Source of the DNA: the human T2T-CHM13v2.0 reference genome, Homo sapiens
DNA: 64,000 nucleotides
Assembly: GCF_009914755.1 (NCBI RefSeq)
Contig: NC_060933.1
Reading direction: 5' to 3' (one strand)
This document shows, in pieces, positions 1 to 12,585 of the stretch (within the stretch, counting starts at the first letter, position 1; each line of letters begins with the position of its first letter). A program made the translations under genes and the position numbers. The notes under the pieces are model-generated. The model made no database searches. It was given only the letters and a program-made list of their open reading frames with translations, and was not told where the DNA came from.

Positions 1-510
1 GTGACCTTGCCACTTCACTCTTTCACAGCCTCGTTTCCTTTATCTGTCAAATGGGGATCATGAGTTCACTGGGTGGCTTTTGAAGAACGTGCCACAATCA
101 GAGAAGGTCTGAGCTGGGAAATGCAACAGAGGCCTTCTCCTCCTTGACCAGTGGGGAAACAGAGGCTCTTAAAACTGGCATAGATCCAGCTTCCTGCCCC
201 TAGTCTCTGTCTTTCCCATTCCATCAGGACCAGATCTCAGAATAGGGGATTGGCATTTTCATGCTGGGGAGCTGGGTATCATTTTCTTTTCAGAGACTTA
301 GTAGAAAATAAAAGGATCCCTGAGAAATTCTTTATGTTCAGGTGCTTGTCGATGGTAGGGGTGACCTCAGGACCGCACTGTCTGCCCATGACCAAGGAGT
401 GAGACTGCTTGGACATTGTCCTTGTGTCCCCCCTGGGGGTCTGGATCAAAGCCCACCCTGAAGGTGACAACACTAACCTACAGATGTTTGTTCTCTCTCA
501 TGCCCTCCAG

Positions 511-564
511 GGGTTTCCTGGAGTCTTTGGGGAAAGAGGCCCTCCTGGACTGGATGGAAATCCT
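511..564 (+). CDS. COL27A1: Collagen helix exon, 54 nt (GFPGVFGERGPPGLDGNP)
   Basis: ccctccag|GGG...CCT|gtgagt; 6 Gly-X-Y triplets. Confidence 0.96.
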
Positions 565-1431
565 GTGAGTATTTCAAGTCTTTGGGAACAGGAGCGAGAT
601 TCTGAGTGAACACACAGCAGATTTTAGGAGCCCACGCTTTAGGGTCAGACAGACCTGGGTCAAATCCCAGCCCTGTGAAGTACCAGCTGGGCACCCTTGG
701 ACAAATTACATGACGTCTCTAAACGCTAGGCTCCTGTCTACTGCGGCTGCACCGTCGCCCCCCTGTAAGAGTCCCCAGCCCACTGAGCCCCTGGGTCCAA
801 AGCTCCAGGCTGCACCCCATTTCCAGGACTTTGGAAGGTTCATGGGTCACTCCCCACTGGAGAGGCCCCAGCTGCTGCCATCTTACACAGCATCAGCAAT
901 GTTTATGGGCCGGCAGAGGCATGGGGAAGCAAACGGTCTGCAGGCCGTGTTTGGAGAAAAGGAAGAGCTGAGTTCCAAAGGAATCTCCACCACAGGCATG
1001 TTTATAGAGTTTGTAAATAATTAGAGGCCCAGGCTCTGTTCCCCGAGGAGCCAGGTCAGCCTGCCCTGGGGAGCCGAGTCTGTCTTTCCCTTCCCAGCTC
1101 CAGGCCCTGGTGGGAGAAGGTGTTCATGGTTCCCCATCTCCCCCTGGGGCTTCCTGCCTGAGCAGCTGTGCCAGCTGTGCCCTCTGCAGTGGTGGCTGCT
1201 GCGTTCATAACCAGCACCCGATTAGGCGCTAATTCAGTTCCACAAATGCTCCCTGAGCCTGACCCAGCCAGGCTCCCTTGGGGATTATAGCCTTGACCTC
1301 AGAACCCTGCGGACCTGGGTTTGAATTTTGTTGTACCACTTGTCAGGTGTGTGAGCTTGGAAAAATCCATTCACCTCCCTGAATCTCAGTTTCCTTGTCT
1401 GCAAATTGGGGGGATCAGAATTCCAGCCTGA

Positions 1432-1788
<357 letters not shown>

Positions 1789-2942
1789 TCAGTGGGTGAG
1801 GCTGTGTAAAATACTGGGTAATCCGGGGTATAGTCCTGCCTTTGAGGAGTTCATGGGCCATTGCCCTCCTCTGTCACACAACAGGCAGTGGGATGGGTGG
1901 GATCAGAGAGGTCCCAGGTGCCTCTTTGGAGAAGGGAACAGGGAAGTAACATTTGCATTGGGATGAGGAGATAGGTGGGGAGACATTGCAGGTGGAGGAA
2001 GGGGCACCAGCAAAGGCATGGGGTGAGGGGAAACCAGAGCCTCTCCCTCAATACAGCATTTGTTAGATTAACTATTAGCGATATGCAGTATCATTCTGCG
2101 AGTTTCCTTGGCGAGCGGCAGGGATGTCTTTATGCTGCTGGCATAGAGGAACAGAAAAGACCTGATGTCCATTTCTTCCTCTCATTTGAAGTGAAGGCTG
2201 TTGCTTACTTCTCATTGCTAATTACAATGTCTAGAGCCCTGGAGTTTTATTCTCACTTTTCCATTTTGAACTTGACTCAAACCCTTCCACCTGTCATTTC
2301 TCATGTGGGCCATGGAAGATCCATGTTTAAGACGAGAAAACTGAGGTATAGGGGGATAAATCACACACACAGCCTCGTCTCCTGACTCCCAGGCTAGAAC
2401 TCTTTCCAGTCTCTGGGGGCCCCTGGAAGAAGGAAATGTGAGGGTGTGGGGTGCTGGGGAGGATTCTCCAAGGGCCACAGCACCTCCCGGCTGAGAAAGG
2501 GAAGGAGGCTGGCTTAGAGGCTCTCAGCTTGGAGCCCTCATGGCTTTGTCATTTCCTTGCACCTGGCCTTGGGTGAATCACTTAACCTCTGGAGCTTCAG
2601 TTTTCCTGTCTGTAAAATGAGCGTGAAATGTCAAGCACCATGCACGTCTGTATGACCTTGATCGCGATTCCGCTCCTTCCTTTATGCTTCCAATGGGAAG
2701 ATACTGGATTTGGAAGTCCGACCTCCCCATTTGACAGATGTGGAAAGCTGATGGCAGAGAGGGGATGGCTGTGGTCCAAACTCCAGGCCAGGCTCAGGAA
2801 AGTCGCTGGAGCCTGTGGTCAGGAATAAGGAGTGTTCAGCTCTGAAAGACCCCACCAGGTGCCTGTGTGGAGGATGACATGGAGGGAGGGGCCCTGGAGG
2901 GAGATGGGACAAGTAACCACCTTGGTCTCTCTCTATCTGCAG

Positions 2943-2987
2943 GGAGAACTGGGCCTGCCAGGCCCCCCTGGAGTCCCCGGCCTCATT
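2943..2987 (+). CDS. COL27A1: Collagen helix exon, 45 nt (GELGLPGPPGVPGLI)
   Basis: tctgcag|GGA...ATT|gtaagt. Confidence 0.96.
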
Positions 2988-3449
2988 GTAAGTACATTGA
3001 TGCCTGGGGCAGCAGGTGGGTGTTGAGGAGACTCAGGGTGGAGCCAGCGTGTGGGGAGCCAGGAGCAGGCCCTGCAGGGGAGGTTGAAAAGACCCTTCTC
3101 TCATCAAACCCCCAGAGGGGCTGGGGGGCCAGGAGAGACCAACCTGGGTGAGGAAGGTGGGTAGGGGAAGGTGGGTAGGGGAGGGCGGGCGGCTGAGGGA
3201 GGAGAGCCCTGCTGTGTGGCCTCAGGTGGATCACCTTCTCTGAGCCTGTTTCCTTATTAGTTAAATGAGATGAGCACTTGGAACACAAGATTGCCAAAGC
3301 CCTTTCACACCTGCTGCGTGCATGGCCGTTGCTCTGCAAGGAGGTGTGGGCAAGTGGTGATGGCATACTTATTTCACAAGCGAGGTGTTCCAGGTCCAGA
3401 GGGAGAAGGTAGCTGGCAGGGTGGTCTTTTGCACTCTTTTCCTCCAAGC

Positions 3450-3680
3450 AGACTTTGGAGCCAGACCACCTAGGTTCAAGTCACAGACCCACCACATCCT
3501 GGCTGTGTGACCTGGGCCAAGCCACTTACCTTCTCTGGGCCTAGTTTCCTCATCTGTGAAATAGAGGTGATAGCAGAATCATCCTGGAGTGGCCATGAGG
3601 ATTAAAGGAGGCATCATATGTGTAGTCCTTGGCACAGGATCTGGCACCCAGTAAGTGCTAGTGGAAAATATTGTTATAAT
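3450..3680 (+). mobile_element. MIR SINE
   Basis: gactttggagccagaccacctaggttc...gtgtgacctggg...agtttcctcatctgtgaaat...tggcacccagtaagtgct; ends approximate. Confidence 0.75.
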
Positions 3681-4364
3681 AATTCTTGTTATTACCTCCT
3701 GAAATGCCCAGGACTGAGAGAGGCCTATACACGAGGAGGTGGGAGGCGATCTGACCTGACTCCATCCAGGTGGTGTAGGCCTCGAGGAGTGGTTCTAGCC
3801 AAAGCCAGGGCCCCTGCTGCGCTTTCAGTGGAATGAGTGTTAACCTTGGGCCCAGCCGCAGGGGCCAGTGAGAGGTCAGAGCCTGGGAAATGACACTCCA
3901 AGTGTCCCCATAATCTGATGCCCCCTCCGCCCTGTCCATTGGGTCATTCCTCATGGGGTTTGAGTTTGGGGGCCCGTGGAGGGACACAAGTAAACTATCT
4001 GCTAGCTTGACAAATGAGCTTCCAGCTTTACCACTCCAGCAACTGTACTGAGAAATTCTGCTCAGAGGGAGGCTGGAGGAGGTCCCTGAGGGAGGCAGGG
4101 AACCCCATCGCTCAGGGAAGGCCAGTCCTGGGAAGAAGGCCCAGATGTCCCCGTGGCCATCTGTGCCTGCTCAGGTGAGTGGGAGCAGAACCTGGGTGGG
4201 GTGGGCAGGAGGTGAGAGCTCTCTGTGTCTGAATCCTGACTTTGCTACCTCCTGACTGAACTTCACCTTGGCCTCACTTCCCTGAGCCTCAGGGATCCCC
4301 TCTGTGAAATGGGATCATTGTATCCACTCTTATTAGAACCACAGAAACACACAGTCCATTCCAG

Positions 4365-4620
4365 TCCAGTGGCTAAGAGAACAGTTTCTGGAACCAGACC
4401 ACCTAGGTTCAAATCCTAGCTCTACCACTCATGTAATCACAATCCTGAGCAAAATTTTTAACCACCCTATGCCTCGGTTTCTTCATCTGTAAAATGGGAA
4501 CAATAGTGGTACCTAACTTGGAGGATTGTTGTGAGTGAGGATGTAGATAAATTAATATGTGAAGTGCCTAGTATGTAGTAAGCACTCAAGAAGTACTAGT
4601 TATGATAATAATAGCTATTG
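4365..4620 (+). mobile_element. MIR SINE, near full length
   Basis: gtggctaagaga...tctggaaccagac...ggttcaaatcctagctctaccact...catctgtaaaatggg...tagtaagcactcaa; ends approximate. Confidence 0.8.
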
Positions 4621-5371
4621 TTGGTGTTATTATATTACACACACGTGATATTTTACACCTGGTAGCAGCTATCCGGGTTACTGAATTGACAAAAATTTCA
4701 CAGTCACATTGGAACTTGGTGGGAGAGAGTGCTGCAATTGATAAGTGATGTCTGCCTTGGCTGGGGTTGAGGAAGTGTCAACACATGAGTCATAAATTTG
4801 TCATCCCTGATGTCCATTCAGTAGGACTTTGCTGAGCACCTTCTTTGGCACAAGGCATTGACCTAAATGCTTTGGAAAAAGAAATATCTGCCATGGGAAT
4901 TCGAGAACTCTCTAGAAGTCTTCTAATCTGACCCTCTCTAAGCCCAACAGGAATCCCTTCTGGAGCATCTTGGTCATATGGTGATTAAACTCCAAATTGA
5001 ACACCTCCAGTGCAAAAAGTCCCTCCCTCTGTGGGAGCCTAGTCCATTCTACAGAGCTCTCTTTGTTTGGAGTTTTCCTGTGGATGGAGCCCGAGTCATC
5101 CTCACTGTCCCTGAGTGAGGCTGTTTGAGGTGTAAAATGGTCTTTGTCTGTGCTTCCCAGGGCTCCTTCTTCAGGCTAAACAATTCCCATCCCAAAGCCT
5201 TTCTGAAGGGATGTTTACATATCCTGTCTGTCATCCTTGGCACATGTTCCTATTTGTCATCATCCCAGCGTTCACTAGGTTGGGTCCTGAGAGGAGCAAG
5301 AATATTGCTTAGTGGAATAAACACAGATTGTGGGGTTTTGGACTATAGCATCATAGCCCTCCTGGTTCTTT

Positions 5372-5646
5372 TTTTTTTTTTTTTTTTTTTGAGACAGGGT
5401 CTCACTGTGTCTTCCAGGCTGGAGTTCAGTGGTGCAGTCTTGGCTCACTGCAGCCTCTGCCTCTTGGGCTCAAGTGATCCTCCCACCTCAGCCTCCCAAG
5501 TAGCTGGGACAACAGGTGTGTACCATGATGCCCAGCTAATTTTAGTATTTTCTTTTTGTAGAGACAGGATTTCGCCACATTGCCCAGGCTGGTCTCCAAC
5601 TCCTGGGCTCAAGCGATCTGCCCACCTCGACCTCCCAAAGTGCTGG
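5372..5646 (-). mobile_element. Alu (AluJ-like), 5'-truncated, with 14-bp TSD
   Basis: poly-T then antisense Alu; cctcctggttcttt at 5358 and 5649. Confidence 0.93.
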
Positions 5647-5704
5647 TACCTCCTGGTTCTTTAAAAGGTCATTCTTACCTGTGCTCTCCGCTGCACTCCA
5701 CTGT

Positions 5705-5858
5705 TAAGGTTGCCAGATAAAATATGACACCTAGTTAAATTTGAATGTCAGATGCAATATTTAGAACACATTTATACTAAAATGTCACTCATTGTTTATC
5801 TGATATTCAAATTTAACTGGGCATCCTGTCTTTTTAATTGTCCAGTCTGGCAACGCTA
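5705..5858. mobile_element. MER53-like palindromic hAT MITE
   Basis: TIRs taaggttgccaga ... tctggcaacgcta; internal inverted agttaaatttgaat / attcaaatttaact. Confidence 0.8.
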
Positions 5859-8800
5859 TTTGCAGTGTCTCTTAGGAGAAACCCTTTCGGCAAATGGGAA
5901 AACTGAGGCCCTTGGTCAAGGTCACATACCTGGCAGGTGAGGATGGGGGCCATGAATCTCAAGTCCTAGTCCAGGGCACTCCTCTTTTTGCTTCTGAGCA
6001 GCCTGCACTGGGGGCAGAGCCCTGGGACTTTCTGCATTTCATGGTACCCCCTTTTCCCAGAGCTGATTTGTTCTGCCTTGTGGTTCCTTCATGCTGTGTC
6101 TTTTTTTGGCCACTTTCAGCCTCCTTCCTCAGTTTTTAGATTCTTTTCACTGCCAAGATGAAGTGTCCTCTCTCCTGTAACTGGGGGATCACAGGGCTGG
6201 GCCTGAGCCCATCAAATCACCTCTGCTCCCTGAGCAAATGCCTCCTTCCACCCTGGATTTTTGGGAACAGCAGCTTCTGTGCCTGGGGAAAAAAACTGTC
6301 TCCCCAAAGAGCTGGAAAGGAAAGGAATTTTCTAACCAGAAGTTAAAGAGGAAGAGGGATTGTGAGTCACCTACGGTTTTCCAGAGGATGTGGGTTTTTA
6401 GCTGAGCAAATGGGAATTCCATGTATTGATAATCATTTTAGTGGAAATTCAAATTTATTCAATGCCTCTGTCTAGTCAGTTGAAGCAATTTGCATGCAGA
6501 CTGAAGCCAAACCTTCCTTCCGTCCCCCGGGTCCCTGCAGCCGGGAGGAAGGGCGTGAGAGGACAAACTAACATTTATTGAGCGTCTGTCTGCTATGTGT
6601 GCAACACATGCACTGGGCTGGGGAGGCCTTGCGAAGCCGAGGTCACCAGTTAGAGAGTGGAAGTGTCGGGCTTGTCACCTGGGTCCATATGCCTCAATTC
6701 CAGTGAGCCACCGGTGGCTCCCTGCAGCCTCAGAGGTGAGAGGGCCTCCACACAGCCCTCTTTGAGTAACTGAAACCCTTTGGCAGGCCCTCAAGAAAAC
6801 TGTGCCTGATTCCAGAATCTGCTCAACAAAGACGATTTCTGTCCTTTTTATTCAGAGTGACACAGAGGAAATTTTGGCTCCTCCACAATTTAATGAGACC
6901 CAAAGAACATGTGATCTGGCCACAAACCCAGCATGTGAGGGGCAATGGATTTGTCCACCTTATTCTGCCACTAAATGATCACCTGCCTTTGTTTCCTTGT
7001 CTGTAAAGCAAAGTTAGATACCCCACCACCTGGCATGCACCAAACCCTCTTGTGCCCAACGCTGTGCCAAGTTTTTAGTTGTCACAACAGCCCTCTGAGG
7101 GTAGGAAGTGGGGCCACCAATTTACACTTAAGGAAACTGAGCCTCAGAGAGGGTGAAGCACCTGCCCAAGGTCACACAGCCAATCAGCTGGACCTGGCCT
7201 GTCACAGCTCACACTCTCCACTGTTGTACTATATCCCCAGCTCCTCAAGACTTCTGTGCTGAACAGAGATAGCGTGTATGTGACAGCATGGACTGGGCAG
7301 TGCCAGGGCTGTTCTGGTGTGACAGATGGTGCTTAGTAAGACCACACAGCAGCCAGAACTGACCACAGCTCCAGGTCCCTGTCCCGAACCCGCCTGGCAT
7401 TGTTGGCCTTCAAAGGCAGTCCTCAGAGGGATTATAAGTGAGCGTGTTTAGCTTTCTTTTTCACCATCATTAAGCCACTTTTACCAAGCACCTCCTCAGA
7501 GCTGTGCCCTGTGCTAGGCACTGGGATCACAGAGGTGAGGTCCTCAGAGCAGGCACCTGCCTTTGGTCTGGGGGCAGCACAGGTGGTGGCCCCATAGGCA
7601 CACGCAGAAAGGATGGTCAGTGTCAGAAGGGCCCTGAGCGAGAGGCATGGGGCTCTGAGGCCTGACAGCAGGGGCATGACCTGGTCTTGGGGTCAGGGAA
7701 GTGATGTTAGTGCTGGAGGCCGAAGGACAAATGGGCATTAACAATGCCAGTGGCGGGCATGGCACTCCGGGTATAGGAAACAGCTTGAGCCAGGGTCGGG
7801 GAGATATGTCAGTGGCTAAGTATGTCACAGCTAAGGAGGAAGAGCAGGGCAGGAAGGTGAGATGTGTGAGCAACCATCATGAAGGATGGGCACCAGCCGT
7901 TCCCCACATTAGCCTCCGGAGGTCCACTGGCTGGCAGTCAGGGGAGCACAACTCAATTTTTCTGAGTCTCCAACCTGACCTGATGCCCTGTCTCATGTGA
8001 GACATAGCAATAGGAAAGGCAACCTTGAGTGTTTTTTTTTTTTTTTTGGTCAACAGCCAACTCAGGCCTTGTGAGCATGGACTGTGGGGTCAGACAGACA
8101 GACAGATGGATGGACAGACCTGGGTTCTGGTCCTGCCTCTGCCCCCTGTTTATTGCTCGATCTCAGGCAGGTTACATCACCTGTCCCTAAGCCTCAGTTT
8201 TCCCATCTGTAAAAGGGAGTGGGACTGACAATGGTGCTTACCTCCTGGGGTTACTGTGAGCAGCTGGTGAGGGTCCAAGCCACCAGCATCGTCCCTGGCA
8301 TGGCAAAGGTGCCCAGAGTGACATTTAGCTATTGCTAAGGAGGGTTCAAAGTGGATAGCGTGCATCTGGCACACAGTGGGCGTTCTTTAAATGGTGACAG
8401 ACAGGACCGATTGTGTTCTTGGTGGGAGTCAGTGAGACGAAGGGCACAGCGTGTGGTGCGGTGTCTGGGAGCTTAGAGAAAAGTGGAAACAGGTTCCAAA
8501 TTAAGGGACTTACTCATTATTCTTTTTCATGGGGACATGACATTCTGAGTGGCTCCGGCCAAGCTGGCCTCGAGGGCGTCTGGTACACAGTAGACGGCTG
8601 CTCTGCAAGCTGCCCTCGGGGGATGCTGGCCTGGAGTTTTCTTTGTTCCTCCCGGAAATGCTTTTGTAGCCCAATGTGGGGGTCCCACCAACACAGGGGG
8701 ACCTGTCCTATGCGAGCTGGCACCTTCTCCGGGTGTGGCCTGCAGGCAGGGGTCTCTCTTCCAGATTCCTTCTCCCCTGGGGTTGCCCATGCCCATGGGA

Positions 8801-9539
8801 TGCCCATGGCAGGTCCCTGCCCCCACCACACACAGACCCCTTTGGAGAGCCCTGCTGAGGCAGCGAGTGGGACCTGGGGAGTGGGGTGCTGCGCCGTGAC
8901 TCCCCGAGGCCCCACAAAGGTGACCATCCTGCCTGCACTGAATTCAGTCCCACACAACAAGCCACTTCAGGCCTGGAGGGAGGAAGAAAGAGCCTGTGTT
9001 TCTGAGCTGCTGGCGGCCCCTCTGCCTGCCGCCCTGCCTGGCCCCCGGCAGAGAAAGACTCCTCCAGCAGAGCCCGCCTCTGTTTATTTGTGCATCAGGG
9101 GGAACTCTGGGCGGGCCACCCTGGCTGCCTTCGTCCAGGAAAGGAGAGAAGCAGCAGCCAGAGGGGCCTGTGGACATGCAGCTCTCTGCAGAGAGCTGGC
9201 CTCCCTTCCAATCCGGCTTCTCTCCCTCCTCTCCAGAGACCACCTCAGAATGGCCTAGAAGCTCTGGAGACAGGCTGCCTAGTGTGAATCCCAGCGGTGC
9301 CCCGACTCCGTGATATCGCTGGAGCCCTAACCTCTCAGAGCCTCAGTTTCCTCATCTATGAAATGGGGACAGTAGTAGACTGATCTTCATGGGCTGTGGT
9401 GAGGAATTACTGGGTTAAAGCACGTCAAGTGCTTAGCACAGTGCTGGCAACTGGCATTTGCTTATTATTATCACCCGTTAAACTGAGCCCTCACTTTCTC
9501 AGTGAGACTGTTTGATGGGACCTGAAAGCAGAATTTCTT

Positions 9540-9847
<308 letters not shown>

Positions 9848-10019
9848 TGAAAGCAGAATTTCTTAGCAAAGGCTCAGCTGGGAGGTTTTGTTTAATCCAA
9901 TCAGATGGGAATCCTAAAGTCCAGAAAGGGGAAGCATTTGCCCAAGATCACACAGGTCAGGATGGGCCAAGGCCAGACTCCAGTTGTTCTGGGGTTGGGA
10001 GAGTGAGAATCGGCATCAT

Positions 10020-11149
10020 CTCAGGCAGGCTGAGCTGCCATCTGCAAACTCCATGCCGTCTGTCTGTCTGTCTCTCTCTCTCCTCGGGGGCATTCCATCA
10101 CATAGTCCCCTTGGCCCTTCCTCCAGGAGCCAGGGAGGAATGTGATTTTTCATTCTCTGCCTGGCCTCCCTCCGAGACGTCTCCAGGCAGCTCCGACAAG
10201 AACTCCAGTTCCCATTCTTGAGCCTGGCTACTGGGGCAGCCTTTGTTCCTCCAATGCTTCAGAGCTGTGCCCCCACCTCAGAGCACTTGCCAGGGGCCTC
10301 TGTAGAGCCTGATCGGGTAGCAGGAAACAGAGGCCCAGAGAGGTTGGGCACATTGAAACCACACAGCAGCCAGACACTCAGATCAGTCATGGAGGATGGA
10401 CAAGGGAGAGAGGAGGGTATTTTCAGGGTCTCCCTTTCTCTGAGTGCAGACTTAATGTTATGGTTGTGGCTGAGGGAGTGATGGAGTGGGCAGAAGTGAG
10501 ATTTGAGGGAGAAAGCGTAGGCTGGTTAAGAGAAAAGTCAGCCGCTTCTTCACTCTGTACCAGGGTTCCTGGACCTTGGCACTACTGACATTTGGGCTGG
10601 ATGGTTATTCGTGGCGGGGGCTGTTCTGTGCACTGCAGCATGCTCAGCCACATCCCTGGCCTCTGCCTACCAGACGCCAATAGCACCTCTTAAGTTGTGA
10701 CAACTAAAAATGCCTCCAGACATTGCTAAGTATTTACATGTGAAATCAGTTTCTCCTGGAAACAAGGCTGGCAGGTACACAGTATTGTACGTCCTCACTT
10801 GTCACATGAAGAAACCGAGGCATGGAGACATCAAGTTCCTCCAGTTCACACAATGAGTGAGTCCCAGAGGAGAGTGGGATCCAGTGGTCTGCTGTCCACT
10901 GGGTGGACAGGGAATGAAAAATCACATTCCTGCCTGGCTCCTGCTGGAAGGGCCACGGGGCCTGTGCAGTGGAATGCCCCTGGGGAGAGAGACAGAGGGA
11001 CGGTGTGGAGTTTGCAGACGGCAGCTCAGCCTGGCTGAGTGCTTCCCAGAGCCTTCCTTGCAGAGGAAGGAAGGCTTTGGAAAGGACAGGAGGGGCGTCA
11101 TGGGGACAGCACTCAGCCAGGCTGAGCTGTCATCTGCAAACTGCACACC
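10020..11149. repeat. Local three-copy inverted repeat element (not a repeat family I recognise)
   Basis: 10020-10160 is the reverse complement of about 10907-11039; 11002-11043 pairs with 11108-11149. Confidence 0.85.
10561..10729 (+). mobile_element. MER20 DNA transposon fossil
   Basis: ccttggcactactgacatttgggctgga...gttgtgacaactaaaaatgcctccagacattgc. Confidence 0.8.
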
Positions 11150-11797
11150 CGCAAAGAGAACTTGGCTTTCTAGGTCGGGAACTCCATTTTTCTCACCTTG
11201 GACCGGCTGATCTGATCTGAAGCTGGGTCTCCAACCTGTGGTCCAGGATCTGCCAGCTGATTATAGTGTCCCACAGGGTCCACCATCAACCCTGGGATTT
11301 CTGGGATCAACAGCCTCACTCCTTACTTGCTGCCCTCCTCAGAGAGAGCCAAGCCTCTGGGAAGCAGGAGGTGCCTCCCCTCATGTAGCCAGAGGAGTCA
11401 GAACTTCCATTTATGCTGAATTTAACTCTTACAGCAGCTCCGGGGGGACAGATAGAGAGAAAGCATGAGGGTCCAAAATAGTCAAATGAAAAGCCCTTTA
11501 TCCCTGATACGGGGTAAAGAATCAGATATAGGAGAGAAATATTGAATATGGAAAGGAATGGGGATAGGGAAGGGGCAGCAGTCTAGAAATGAGCTTGGGC
11601 AGGGATCTTTATGAAGTTTATTCCAGCACTTTAGTGAAGGTCTCTGGATGAAGAACATTCCAGATTCCAAGATCAATCCTACAGAGTTGCGTCTTTGGAA
11701 GCCCAGGCCCAGGGACCTTGGGGATTGTCCCCACCACCCAGGCCAGCCTCCTGTGGGCCACTGCTCACAGCACCCTCTTCTCTTTCTCTCCCCACAG

Positions 11798-11851
11798 GGT
11801 GACTTAGGAGTGTTGGGTCCGATTGGCTACCCGGGACCCAAGGGCATGAAG
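11798..11851 (+). CDS. COL27A1: Collagen helix exon, 54 nt (GDLGVLGPIGYPGPKGMK)
   Basis: pyrimidine tract ccccacag|GGT...AAG|gtaagc. Confidence 0.96.
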
Positions 11852-12540
11852 GTAAGCAAGGGATGTTCCCCCGATTCAGGCCTTGTCCAAGCTGGGCACC
11901 CCCGACCCATTTCAGCCCAGAAGGAAGGGTGACCTTAGATGATGCTGGGGGAAGGGAGGATGGCAGGATGCTCAGAGGGGTGCTAGGAGGAAGCTGGGCA
12001 GGTCAGGAGCTGTCAGCTCTGGCCTCAGAGCCAGGCATCATCTGTATGTCATTTAGGCCAGACATCCTCCTCTAGCTGAGCATGAGTCTGACAGGGTTCC
12101 AGGCCTCAGGGCACCGGAAGTCCAGTGGGGGACATCACCAGGGCCATAGAAACTACCATGGCAAACCAGTGAACTCAGCCCATCCCTGAGTGGGAAGGGC
12201 GTGCAGCAGGAAGGCAGGCCAAGACTGCTAGAGCACATCCCAGGGGCGACCAAATTTAACCAACGTGCGTGTGACACGGCTCATTAAGCCCTTCCCTCCC
12301 CACCAGTTCCTTCTTCCTCTGGATTTGCCTGCAGTGCTGTGGTGCACTGCCTCTCTCACAGCTCCTTCAGTCCACACCCTTGCCCTGTGAGATTGGAGTC
12401 ATTTGCCCCCTTTTACAGATGTGAACACTGAGGTTGGGGGATCTAGCACGGGGTCTTGCAGCAAGTCGTGTTTAAGCCAGGGCTCCTGACTTCTGTGGCC
12501 TAGAGTCCCATCACAGCTGGCCTTGGGCTTTGTCTTGCAG

Positions 12541-12585
12541 GGACTGATGGGCAGCGTGGGGGAGCCCGGACTGAAAGGTGATAAG
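12541..12585 (+). CDS. COL27A1: Collagen helix exon, 45 nt (GLMGSVGEPGLKGDK)
   Basis: tcttgcag|GGA...AAG|gtgatc (weak donor). Confidence 0.93.

Noticed and set aside
4660-4810. Possible MER102-like DNA transposon fragment
   Set aside because: Resemblance is from memory only and too weak to call without a Dfam search.
8413-9258. 281-aa ORF
   Set aside because: Non-ATG start, no domain resemblance, several equally open overlapping frames.
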